Source of the DNA: a bacterium
Lineage (GTDB): Bacteria > Electryoneota > Electryoneia > Electryoneales > Electryoneaceae
Direction of reading: 5' to 3'
Assembly (NCBI GenBank): GCA_963675295.2
Contig: CAXXKJ010000002.1
Coordinates: 4,352,001 to 4,416,000, forward strand
DNA length: 64,000 nt
The position numbers were made by a program, and so were the translations under genes. Of the stretch, positions 51,078-60,388 are shown piece after piece. Below the pieces are notes generated by a model. That model searched no databases and had not been told where the DNA came from. It saw nothing but the letters and a program-made list of their open reading frames with translations. How positions within the stretch are numbered: the first letter of the stretch is position 1; the number at the start of each line of letters is the position of its first letter.

Positions 51078-53063
51078 ATGCGTGTTCGCTACACGTTGAC
51101 ATTTTTCGCGCTGTTGTTGGGTTTGGCGGCATTCACGGGGTGTTCGCCGCGTGGATCGGCGGACCTGATTCCGTTGGACGTGCTGTTCGGCAATCCGACG
51201 CAGATTCAGGCACGTCTCTCGCCGGACGGCTCCGCGATGACGTATCTCGCGCCCCGGGATGGTGTGCTCAACATCTGGATCAAGCGATCCGAGATGGAGG
51301 GCGACCTGCCGTTGACCAATGATACCGGCGCCGGGATTCATTATCACATGTGGATGTTCGACAACAAGCACGTGTTGTACATCCAGGATCGTGACGGCGA
51401 CGAGAACTGGCGGGTGTACGCGATCGATGTCAAGACCGGCGAAACTCGTGACCTGATCCCGCGCGAGGAGACGGACGATCATCCGATCCGGTCGGAGGTG
51501 CTGGCGTACAGCGCGACGCATCCGGGCAAGGTGGTGATCGGCATGAACCGGCGCGACGAACGGGTTCATGATGCGTGGCTGCTGGACACTGACACCGGCG
51601 AGCTGACATTGCTGGCGAAGGGTGAAGTTTCGAACCTGCGCTGGATCATTGACAACAATCTTGATATCCGAGGCTGGATCCGTGCGAATCCCGATGGCGG
51701 CCGGACAATGCTGTTGCGCTGGGGATCGAGCGGTCCGTTCAAGGAAGCGATCACGTGGGAGCAGGAAGACGAACTGGCGTCCGGCTTTGTTGACTTCCAC
51801 ATCGACAACCGGACGATGTATCTGCTGGACAGCCGTGGGCGGAATGCGGCGGCGTTGTATGCCTACGACACCAAGACCGGAGAGCAGACGCTGCTCGCGG
51901 CGAACCCGATGTACGATGTCGCGAGGGTGATGCTGAATCCGCGGACGATGGAAGCGCAGGCGGTGATGTACATGGAAGAACGCATGCGCTGGGAAGCGAT
52001 CGACCCAGCCATTGAGCAGGATCTCGAGCGGATGCGGGATGCCGCGCACGGCGACTTCTTCACCACCTCGAAAACGCTTGACGACAACACGTGGGTGATT
52101 TTCTACGGTGTCGACAACGGGTCGGGTGTTTACTACAAGTACACGCGTGACAGCGGCAAGTTCGAGAAGATGTTCCTCACCTATCCCGACCTCGAAGGCC
52201 AGCCCCTGGTCGAAATGAAGCCGATCAGTTTCACAGCCAGCGACGGCATGGAACTGCACGGCTACCTGACCCTGCCGGAACACGTCGAAGCGCCGATGCC
52301 GCTGGTGCTGGTGGTGCATGGCGGCCCGTGGAAGCGTGACTACTGGGGCTTTGATTCGGACGCGCAGTGGTTGGCGAACCGTGGCTACGCCTGCCTGCAG
52401 GTGAATTTCCGTGGCTCTTCCGGCTACGGCAAGGACTACCTCAACGCCGGAAACCGTGAATGGGGTGGCAGAATTCAGCAGGATCTGACGGACGGCGTGC
52501 AGTGGGCGATCGACCAGGGCATCGCCGACCCGGAAAAGGTGGCAATTTACGGCGCATCGTTTGGTGGGTATGCGGCGCTTAGCGGCGCGGCGTTCACCCC
52601 GGACCTGTACAATTGCGCGATCTCGCTGGTGGGACCGTCCAGCCTGGTCACGTTGCTGAGTACCATCCCGCCGTACTGGACCTCGTACCAGCAGACATAC
52701 GACGCCCGCACGGGACGCCTGCCGCGTTACGATTCTGGCGAAAAAGCGGGCATGCCGAAGGCGGAAGCGGACTTCACCGAGCAGGACCGGGAGGATTACG
52801 AGTTCCTGGTCTCACGCAGCCCGTTGTATTCCGCCGACCAGATCAAGATTCCGATGCTGATCGCGCAGGGTGCGAACGATGTGCGTGTCAAGCAGCAGGA
52901 ATCGGAACAGATCGTGAAGGTGCTGAAGAAGAACGGGATAGAGGTCGATTACATGCTGTTCCCGGACGAAGGGCACGGGCTGATGAAACCGCAGAACCGG
53001 ATCGACTTTTTCCGTCGTGCGGACCAGTTCCTCGCGAAACATCTCGGGGGACGGGCGGAGTGA
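51078..53063 (+). CDS. S9 family (prolyl oligopeptidase/acylaminoacyl) peptidase, lipoprotein
   Basis: Lipobox FTGC; HGGP, GASFGG, QGANDVRV and DEGHG motifs. Confidence 0.92.
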   Translation: MRVRYTLTFFALLLGLAAFTGCSPRGSADLIPLDVLFGNPTQIQARLSPDGSAMTYLAPRDGVLNIWIKRSEMEGDLPLTNDTGAGIHYHMWMFDNKHVLYIQDRDGDENWRVYAIDVKTGETRDLIPREETDDHPIRSEVLAYSATHPGKVVIGMNRRDERVHDAWLLDTDTGELTLLAKGEVSNLRWIIDNNLDIRGWIRANPDGGRTMLLRWGSSGPFKEAITWEQEDELASGFVDFHIDNRTMYLLDSRGRNAAALYAYDTKTGEQTLLAANPMYDVARVMLNPRTMEAQAVMYMEERMRWEAIDPAIEQDLERMRDAAHGDFFTTSKTLDDNTWVIFYGVDNGSGVYYKYTRDSGKFEKMFLTYPDLEGQPLVEMKPISFTASDGMELHGYLTLPEHVEAPMPLVLVVHGGPWKRDYWGFDSDAQWLANRGYACLQVNFRGSSGYGKDYLNAGNREWGGRIQQDLTDGVQWAIDQGIADPEKVAIYGASFGGYAALSGAAFTPDLYNCAISLVGPSSLVTLLSTIPPYWTSYQQTYDARTGRLPRYDSGEKAGMPKAEADFTEQDREDYEFLVSRSPLYSADQIKIPMLIAQGANDVRVKQQESEQIVKVLKKNGIEVDYMLFPDEGHGLMKPQNRIDFFRRADQFLAKHLGGRAE

Positions 53064-53067
53064 TTCC

Positions 53068-53155
53068 GGGCTGTGGGCTATGGGCTGTGGGCTACGGGCT
53101 ATAGGCTGTAGGCTAGGGGCTGAGACCTGAGATTTGAGATGTGAGGCTTGAGGCT
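53068..53155. repeat. Degenerate heptamer tandem repeat
   Basis: gggctgt-gggctat-gggctgt-gggctac-gggctat... drifting to tgagacc-tgagatt-tgagatg. Confidence 0.75.
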
Positions 53156-53257
53156 TAAAAACTAGCTACATCGGGGACACTTACTCCGTTAAGTGTCCCC
53201 GATTTTACCTGTACAGATGTCTGTTTTCCTCAACCCTCACACCACATACCTCACACC

Positions 53258-54175
53258 TCAAAGAGGCTTCGCGACCACCTTGTCGAGCATGAACTGCGGT
53301 ATCAGCAGCAGGTTACGCTTCGAGTCATAGCCGATGTCGGCAGGCGATTCGAGGTCGGTGAACAGCGGCGTGATCACGTGTTCGGCGTCCATCACATAGA
53401 CGGTTTTCGCGTCCCAGCTGGTGAATGCGAACTGTCCGTCCTTGAGCTTGACAAGACCGTCCAATGAACCCATGGGTGCATCAGCAATCGAGGTGAACTC
53501 CCCATTGCGGTCGATCTGGAAGAAGCCGGTTCCACCGTACGGCACCATGTACAGCATGTCCTGATCCTCGATGATGCCGTTCGGGTTGGTCAAGGCAGCA
53601 TCGCGGACGATCGTATCGACAACCGGTGTCATCTCCTCGCCCTCGAACGTAATCGCGTAGATCCCGCCCGGTCCTTCGGTGCCGGTGTCGGTGACATAGA
53701 CTACACCCTTCGCCGCCCAGACATCGTTGGCGAAGGTGGCGTCCGGCAGCGGTACGTCCATGACCGCGGTGCCATCGGAGATGTTGAAGACGCGGAGGAC
53801 GTCAATGTCGGCGACCAGCAGCCAGTTGCCGTAGCGTGCCATGCCCTTGGGCGCGTTCAACGTGATACCCTTCGTGCCACCGGCGATCCACTTCGGGTCG
53901 ACGGTCTGGTCATCCGGCGTGATTTTGGAAATGAAACCGTTGTCGTCCTTCTGCAACGGTTGCGGGCCGCCGAGGTTGGAGACGTAGTACATGTCGGCCT
54001 GCTGGTCCCAGAGCACCGACTCGGGTGTCTGGAAGCCAGCATTTTCCAGCGTCCAGCCACTATGTGACATCGTTTCAGCATCTTCCGCTGGTTGCTGGTT
54101 ATCGGCTTTCTGGCAACCGGTGACAGCAAGCAGCACCACGAGGAGCAATGCGGGTAGATAGTGCAGAGTTCGCAT
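53258..54175 (-). CDS. SMP-30/gluconolactonase-like beta-propeller lipoprotein
   Basis: Lipobox VTGC; TPESV, LNAPKGM, ANDV, PNGI and LDGL motifs. Confidence 0.8.
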   Translation of the reverse strand: MRTLHYLPALLLVVLLAVTGCQKADNQQPAEDAETMSHSGWTLENAGFQTPESVLWDQQADMYYVSNLGGPQPLQKDDNGFISKITPDDQTVDPKWIAGGTKGITLNAPKGMARYGNWLLVADIDVLRVFNISDGTAVMDVPLPDATFANDVWAAKGVVYVTDTGTEGPGGIYAITFEGEEMTPVVDTIVRDAALTNPNGIIEDQDMLYMVPYGGTGFFQIDRNGEFTSIADAPMGSLDGLVKLKDGQFAFTSWDAKTVYVMDAEHVITPLFTDLESPADIGYDSKRNLLLIPQFMLDKVVAKPL

Positions 54176-54423
54176 GATCAATCCCCCTTCAGTTAGTCCG
54201 ACATTCGAATGTATAACCTTGTCCCCCGGTCGAGGCAGGCTATAGACGTCCCGATTTTCAACCGGGGAGGTTGTCATCCCAGAAAAACTCGGGCAAAACG
54301 AAGATTTCTCTTTCCTGAAAAGTTAAACGCTCCTAACTTTGTCGACTACTCTAGTACAGGCAACGTTTTGCATAGCGGGTGGTGAACTGGGGTTCACCGC
54401 TGTCCATAGACCAGGGAGAAACA

Positions 54424-54828
54424 ATGGATCCAGCGATGTTGAATTATCCAGCGATCGTTGTTGCAGCGATTTCAGCGTTTGTCATCGGCGGATTGTGGTA
54501 TTCGCCACCCTTGTTCGGCAAGGGCTGGATGAGGGCGAACAACTTCAGCGATGACGACCTGAAGCGTGGCAGTCCGGCGATGATCTATGGGGTGGCGTTA
54601 GTCCTCACGTTGATCATCTCGTTCAACCTGGCGATGTTTCTCAACGATCCGTCGACGACATTGGTGTGGGGCTTGACGGCGGGCATTCTGGCTGGCATCT
54701 GGGCGGCGGCGGGGTTGTCGATTGTCGCGTTGTTCGAGCGCCGGCCGTTGAGTTATCACCTGATCAACGATGGGTATTTGCTGGTGGCGTTCGGGGTGAT
54801 GGGCCTGATTCTCGGCGCGTGGCGGTAA
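54424..54828 (+). CDS. DUF1761 family membrane protein
   Basis: FVIGGLWYSPPLFGKGW; LFERRP. Confidence 0.85.
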   Translation: MDPAMLNYPAIVVAAISAFVIGGLWYSPPLFGKGWMRANNFSDDDLKRGSPAMIYGVALVLTLIISFNLAMFLNDPSTTLVWGLTAGILAGIWAAAGLSIVALFERRPLSYHLINDGYLLVAFGVMGLILGAWR

Positions 54829-54907
54829 ATCATCCCCTTTCCGGAAGAACGAAACGGGCGGCTACGCGTTCGAGCCGCCCGATTCAGGGGAAGATCTTCA
54901 TACGACA

Positions 54908-56293
54908 TTATTTCATCAGGACCAGCTTGCGGCTCTGGTTGAGGTGGCCGGGCGAAACCGCGCGCACGATGTACACGCCGCTGGCCAGATTGGAACCGTC
55001 AACGCTGAATTCATGGGTTCCGGCGTTGCTGATGCCGTCCGCGAGCCGGGCAACTTCCTGACCGTGCATGTTGAAAACCGTCACTGTAAGTGGCGCGGCC
55101 TGCGGTAGGGAAACACGGACCTGCGCCGTGGGATTGAACGGATTCGGGTAAGGTTCGCTGAGAGCATAGTCCAGCGGTACTTCGATCGGAGTATCCTCGA
55201 GGGACGCGGTCTGCTGGAACGCTTCCATCCCGCCTGCCTGCCAGGAATTCACTGGCTCCATCTCATCCGGCGAAATCACGAGCTTGGTGAACGCGAAGGC
55301 GTCGATGTTCTTGATCGGCCAGCTGTAACTGCCAACCACCGCCTGCATGTAATAAGTGCCCGGCGGGGCGAATCCCGGAACAGATTGCGACAGGGTAACG
55401 ACCGGCGTACTGCCCGGCAACAGCGCGAGTCCGGTAAACAGCTGAGTCGGACCGAAAAGGTTCCCGTTCGGCAGTTGCACACGAATCCAGGCGTCATACA
55501 CCTGCGCAATACCGCCCCAGTTGTGCACCTGGGCGTTGTAGACGAAAGCACCGCCGACATTCGGCAACGTCACCGGGCCGGTAGTCCACGCTCTTACCTG
55601 CAGGTCCGCCGGAGTCTGCGGCAACAGGGTGTTGATATAATTCTCCATCAGGTTCGGATCGGCGAAGGTGCGGACCCATTCCTGGTCGGTGTTGGTCGCC
55701 ATCATCGCATGATCGGCGGTGGGTCGCAGAATCCAGCCATATTCCTTGTCCGCGTAGTGCTGAGTGGTTTCGACACCACTGACCGCGGACCCGTAGGCAC
55801 CATCCATGAACATCGGCATGTTCGAGATCGGGTAGGTGATGTTCGAGATTGGTCCGGACAGGTACATCGGCACGAGGTTTCCGGGATCGGCCCCCAACCA
55901 TGACCAGCTGATGCCGAACTGGAACAGCGCCTCTTCCCACGCGATGTTGCTCGAACCGGTCATGTCCCGTTCGCACTGCAGATACACCGGCACGCCAGCG
56001 TACAGGCATTCGATGATCATTTGCCGGCGCTGAAAGTTCATCGTCCCGACACCGGATGAAATGATCGCCAGATCACTCGGCGTGATGAAGCTGCCGTTGT
56101 CCAGCGCGGTCTGCGGATAGATGGTCACGTTGTGTCCCATCCCGGTCGCAACTGTCTGCCAGTTGATATCCATGATGTCATTTGCATTGAAACTCTGGCT
56201 TTCGATAATTGCGATGTTCGCCGCGAATGCGCCTGGTGCCAGCAGAGTACTGATCAGAACGCCGGCAATGAGTAGTTTTGTCCATCGTTTCAT
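54908..56293 (-). CDS. Secreted protein, 'IIESQS' family member D, with T9SS CTD
   Basis: Signal peptide; alpha/beta N-domain; shared Ig-like domain; YPNPFNP CTD. Confidence 0.85.
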   Translation of the reverse strand: MKRWTKLLIAGVLISTLLAPGAFAANIAIIESQSFNANDIMDINWQTVATGMGHNVTIYPQTALDNGSFITPSDLAIISSGVGTMNFQRRQMIIECLYAGVPVYLQCERDMTGSSNIAWEEALFQFGISWSWLGADPGNLVPMYLSGPISNITYPISNMPMFMDGAYGSAVSGVETTQHYADKEYGWILRPTADHAMMATNTDQEWVRTFADPNLMENYINTLLPQTPADLQVRAWTTGPVTLPNVGGAFVYNAQVHNWGGIAQVYDAWIRVQLPNGNLFGPTQLFTGLALLPGSTPVVTLSQSVPGFAPPGTYYMQAVVGSYSWPIKNIDAFAFTKLVISPDEMEPVNSWQAGGMEAFQQTASLEDTPIEVPLDYALSEPYPNPFNPTAQVRVSLPQAAPLTVTVFNMHGQEVARLADGISNAGTHEFSVDGSNLASGVYIVRAVSPGHLNQSRKLVLMK

Positions 56294-56434
56294 GGTTTCC
56301 AGACTCCTTTCAGCTTTACTAGCCAGTTGAACGCTTCAAATTGTGGATTCCCTGGAGAAATGCATGGCAGACCGGATCGTGGACACAGCCGAACAGCCGC
56401 TGCGTGCAAATCAAGGCAGGCTTCCGGTCAGTCG

Positions 56435-56642
56435 AAATGTTAGGAATACTTAAGATTCGCGCAAGTGTTTTGTAGGAAATTGATTAAAAAGATGTTAGGC
56501 GCTAACCTGTTGTGAATTAGATAGTCCTAACTTTTTCGGAGAGGGATGGTTGGCAACGAGCACGGGGCGTGAGTAACTCACGCCCCGGCACTCGAAAACA
56601 AGGTTGGATTGATATGGATGGGATCGACTACAGCTTGGTGAA
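56435..56642 (-). repeat. ~200-bp terminator plus promoter cassette, duplicated at ~57697-57904
   Basis: Near-identical intergenic sequence including the ggggcgtgag/ctcacgcccc hairpin and two TTAG-N-CTAA boxes. Confidence 0.85.
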
Positions 56643-57656
56643 GGTGAGGGCGTCCAGATTGCGGCGGTTGACGCTCCATTGCCCGACGGTTCCTTGCAGG
56701 TAGTAGGTTCCCGGCGGCGCGAAACCAGGCACAAACTGGTTGAGATTCTGTACCGCCGAGGTGGCGTACCCGGGCATCGTCAGGCCGGTGAGGAACAGGT
56801 ACGGGCCAGTGAGGTTGCCGTTCGGCAGCTCGATCATGGTCCACGCATCAAAGGTTACCGGAAGCGGGCTGGTGTTGTAGGCGTAGGCCTGGAAGGTGAA
56901 CGCCCCACCTGCCGCCGGGATGGTGATCGGGGGATTGGGATTCATGACCCGCACCTGCAACTCGGTAGCATTCAAGGCCAACAGGTTGCTGATGAAATTT
57001 TCCATCAACTGGGTGTTGGTGAAGGTGTTGACCCATTCCTGATCGGAGGTGGTCGCGGCGAGGGTGATCGAGCCGGTTACCAGCGGACGAACGTACCAGC
57101 CGAATTCCTGGGCGCCGTAATGAAACAGCGTTTCGACCTCACGGCTGCCGGTGCCGAATGCTCCGTCGAGGAACCCGTTGACCTGGTTGACCGGATTCGG
57201 ACTGAAGGACGATGTCCCCGTCACTCGCATCGGACTCAGAGTGCCCAACGTGTTGCCGGTCCAGGAAAATGTGCCGGCGGCATCGGTAACAAGATCGACC
57301 CAGAGTTGACTGGTATCGAGGGTTGGATCGGCCTCGGTCTGCAGGTAAACCGGGATCCCGAAGTTGTAGGTCTGCCGAATGGTGTTCTGCCGGATCACCG
57401 ACAACGGGATGACGCCCGACGATATGATCAGTAGATCGCAGGTGGCCATGAACGACCCGGTATCCAGCGCGGTTTGCGGCAGCAGGGAAAAGGTGTGGCC
57501 CATACCAACCGCCACATTTGCCCAGTTCTGATCCATCAGGTGGGTCGGATTGATACTCGTGCTTTCAATGATCACCACATGTGCCGCGTTTGCAGCGGGT
57601 GCGACTGAGAAAACTACGAGTCCCAGCAGCAAGACAGCCATCACTAATCTACTCAT
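56628..57656 (-). CDS. Secreted protein, 'IIESQS' family member C, no CTD
   Basis: Paralog of 54908-56293; ends ...FTKL*. Confidence 0.85.
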   Translation of the reverse strand: MSRLVMAVLLLGLVVFSVAPAANAAHVVIIESTSINPTHLMDQNWANVAVGMGHTFSLLPQTALDTGSFMATCDLLIISSGVIPLSVIRQNTIRQTYNFGIPVYLQTEADPTLDTSQLWVDLVTDAAGTFSWTGNTLGTLSPMRVTGTSSFSPNPVNQVNGFLDGAFGTGSREVETLFHYGAQEFGWYVRPLVTGSITLAATTSDQEWVNTFTNTQLMENFISNLLALNATELQVRVMNPNPPITIPAAGGAFTFQAYAYNTSPLPVTFDAWTMIELPNGNLTGPYLFLTGLTMPGYATSAVQNLNQFVPGFAPPGTYYLQGTVGQWSVNRRNLDALTFTKL

Positions 57657-57889
57657 TGGTAACTCCCTCGAAGTGTTTCACCTGTTCAACGTTGCCAAAA
57701 GTTAGGAGCGCTTAAGATTTTTGCAAGTGTTTTGTAGGAAATTGATTAAAAAGATGTTAGGCGCTAACCTGTTGTGAATTAGATAGTCCTAACTTTTTCG
57801 GGGAGGGATGGGTGGCAACGAGCACGGGGCGTGAGATTCTCACGCCCCGTCCCTTGAGAACAATGTATGGTTGTTTGGAATGGGATCGA

Positions 57890-58918
57890 CTACAGTTTGA
57901 TGAACCGGATGGTATCGAGATTGGTTCGTAAACCGGGAAAGCCGCCGATGGTCACCAGCTGGAAGTACGTTCCTGCCGGTGCGAATCCGGGAATGTTCTG
58001 GCTGATAGTCTGAGTTGGCGATGTGGTAAACGGTGGGAGAGTCACACCAGTGATGTTCCACTGCGGGCCGATCAGGTTGCCGTTTGGCAATTGGATCATC
58101 GACCAGACATCGAAGATGAACGGATTCGCGCTGTTGTTGTAAGCGTGTCCGTTGAAGGTGTATGTCCCCCCGGCGGATGGAACGGTGATCGGGGGTCCTG
58201 GCAGCCAGAGACGTACCTGCAACTCACTGGCGTTCCGATTCAACAGGTTATCGACGAAATTCACCATCAGTGACGGATCAGTCAAGATGCGGATCCACTC
58301 CTGATCGGAAGTCGTCGCGGACAGGTTGATCGCACCTGTAAAGACGGGATGCGAGTACCAGCCGAATTCCTGGTCGCCATAATGGAACAGGGTCTCGACT
58401 TCCTGGCTGCCGGTGCCGAACGCGCCATCCTGGAAACCGATCACCTGGTTGACGGGATTCGGGGTGTTGGACACAGTACCGGTGACACGCATCGGGGAAA
58501 GATTTCCGGACACGCTGCCATTCCAGGTAAACGTGCCGCCGTCGTCGCTAACGAGGTTGATCCATGTCTGGTTGGTGTCGAAGAGAGGGTTTGCCTCGGT
58601 CTGGATGTAGACTGGAATGCCCATGCTGTAGGTCTGGCGGATGATGTTCTGTCGTGTCACGGACAGCGGGATTTCGCCGGATGAGATGATCAGCAGGTCG
58701 GTGCCGGGGATGAACGCCGGGGTGTCGAGCGTTGTTTGCGGCTGGATGGACGCGGAATGGCCCATGCTGGTGACGACCGCCGCCCAGTTGGCGTCCATGA
58801 GGTGTGTTGCATTCCAGCTCTGGCTTTCGATGATAACGACATTTGCCGCCCGCGTGCTTGAAACCGTGGCGATGAGCAGCACTGTGGCTAAAATCATGGT
58901 GTGCAAACGGGTATTCAT
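57890..58918 (-). CDS. Secreted protein, 'IIESQS' family member B, no CTD
   Basis: Paralog; ends ...FIKL*; start at MNTRL after AAGGA. Confidence 0.85.
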   Translation of the reverse strand: MNTRLHTMILATVLLIATVSSTRAANVVIIESQSWNATHLMDANWAAVVTSMGHSASIQPQTTLDTPAFIPGTDLLIISSGEIPLSVTRQNIIRQTYSMGIPVYIQTEANPLFDTNQTWINLVSDDGGTFTWNGSVSGNLSPMRVTGTVSNTPNPVNQVIGFQDGAFGTGSQEVETLFHYGDQEFGWYSHPVFTGAINLSATTSDQEWIRILTDPSLMVNFVDNLLNRNASELQVRLWLPGPPITVPSAGGTYTFNGHAYNNSANPFIFDVWSMIQLPNGNLIGPQWNITGVTLPPFTTSPTQTISQNIPGFAPAGTYFQLVTIGGFPGLRTNLDTIRFIKL

Positions 58919-59023
58919 GTTCAAGATCCTTTTCCGGACAGGGTATGCCTTCCGGACGTTTACGCTGTAGTGCATGGGGCTTACTGGCTGCACCATGCAC
59001 CCGAATGACGTAGTGATTGTTGT

Positions 59024-60049
59024 TTAGAGCTTGACAACCCTCAGAGCATCGAGGTTTGTCTTGATGTTGTTCAGACTGCCGACGACCCCATGGAAGTAGT
59101 ACGTCCCGGCGGGAGCAAAACCGGGCAGGAACTGGTTCAGGGTCAGGGTGTTGGATGTGGTAAACGGCAGCAGAGTCAGGTTGGTCCATTGCTGTAACGG
59201 GCCGACGATGTTGCCATTCGGCAGTTGGATTTCGGTCCAGGCATCAAACAGCATCGGGACGAAGTTGTTGTTCCATGCGTTCGCGTTGCAGGTGAAGGTT
59301 CCGCCGGTACTTGGCACGGTAACGGGTGGGTTGTTCGACCAGACTCGAACCTGCAGGAAAGACACATTCCGGTTGAGCAGGTTGTCGATGTAGTTCTCCA
59401 TCAGGGTTGGATCGGAATTGGTGCGAACCCAGTCCTGGTCTGTGTTGGTGGCAGCCATGATGACAACCCCGACCCGTGGATAGTAGTACCAGCCGTACTC
59501 GCGATTATCGAAATGCAGGTTGGTTTCGATATCATTGCCGCCAGTGCCGGTCAGACCGCCGTCAAAACCGTTAAGCGTAGGTACTGTGTTTGGGATCTGG
59601 GACACGGTGCCGGTAATCTGCATTGGCTGCAGTAACGCCGTGGTGTTTGGTCCCCAGGTGAAGGTGCTGCCATACCAGTTGACAATCTGCAGCCATGTCT
59701 GGTTCGTTGACAGGGAAGCATTGTCCTCGCACTGGAGATACACCGGGATGCCCATGTTGAGGGCGTTGATAATCGTTTGCTGGCGGGTGGGAGTTAGTGG
59801 AATTTCGCCGGACGAGATGATCAGCAGGTCGCATGCTGAAAGGAAGTTGCCGGTGTCCAGATCCGTCTGGGGACGGATGGTCGGGGTATGGCCCATCGTG
59901 ATAGCGACAAATGTCCAGTTCTGGTCCATGACATCGTTTGGATTCCAGCTCTGGCTTTCAATGATATCCACCTGTGCCGCGGAGACCCGCTGCACACAAC
60001 AAAAAACGGCGATCAACACAATCGCGAGTACTGCAACAAGACCGCGCAT
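59024..60049 (-). CDS. Secreted protein, 'IIESQS' family member A, no CTD
   Basis: Paralog; ends ...VVKL*; RBS GGAGG before MRGL. Confidence 0.85.
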   Translation of the reverse strand: MRGLVAVLAIVLIAVFCCVQRVSAAQVDIIESQSWNPNDVMDQNWTFVAITMGHTPTIRPQTDLDTGNFLSACDLLIISSGEIPLTPTRQQTIINALNMGIPVYLQCEDNASLSTNQTWLQIVNWYGSTFTWGPNTTALLQPMQITGTVSQIPNTVPTLNGFDGGLTGTGGNDIETNLHFDNREYGWYYYPRVGVVIMAATNTDQDWVRTNSDPTLMENYIDNLLNRNVSFLQVRVWSNNPPVTVPSTGGTFTCNANAWNNNFVPMLFDAWTEIQLPNGNIVGPLQQWTNLTLLPFTTSNTLTLNQFLPGFAPAGTYYFHGVVGSLNNIKTNLDALRVVKL

Positions 60050-60174
60050 CGGGTCCTCCATCGTTTGGGTGAGCAGAAACAGTAACCATCCGAAAAGTTA
60101 GGAATGGGTAAGATTTGAACAATGGGTGGCTTTGCCAATTGTTAAGGTTGTGTTTTATGCTAACTCATTGATAA

Positions 60175-60188
60175 TTAGGTATACCTAA
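60175..60188. promoter_or_regulatory. DtxR/MntR/SirR-like operator palindrome
   Basis: Perfect palindrome TTAGGTATACCTAA between the paralog cluster and mntP; related boxes at 54323, 56440, 56517, 57702, 57779 and 60098. Confidence 0.6.
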
Positions 60189-60388
60189 CAAAAATAGAGA
60201 GCCAGAGGACGGCTCCAGGTACCTAGGGTCTGGAAACGGCGAACCATTCGCGCCGCCGGATTGTTCGCTGAAAATGTGGAGACGCGAGAGACGGCGATTT
60301 CGAACTCCACCTCTGGGTTTGATCTTTGTTTGTGCAGGTTGGATCGCACGAACACACGGGAGAGAGTTCGTTGGCGGCAGGAGTTGGC

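Noticed and set aside
56560-56630. Read-through or frameshift adding a CTD to the CTD-less IIESQS genes
   Set aside because: No PNPFN-type sequence in any frame after the stops; a hairpin and the next promoter follow
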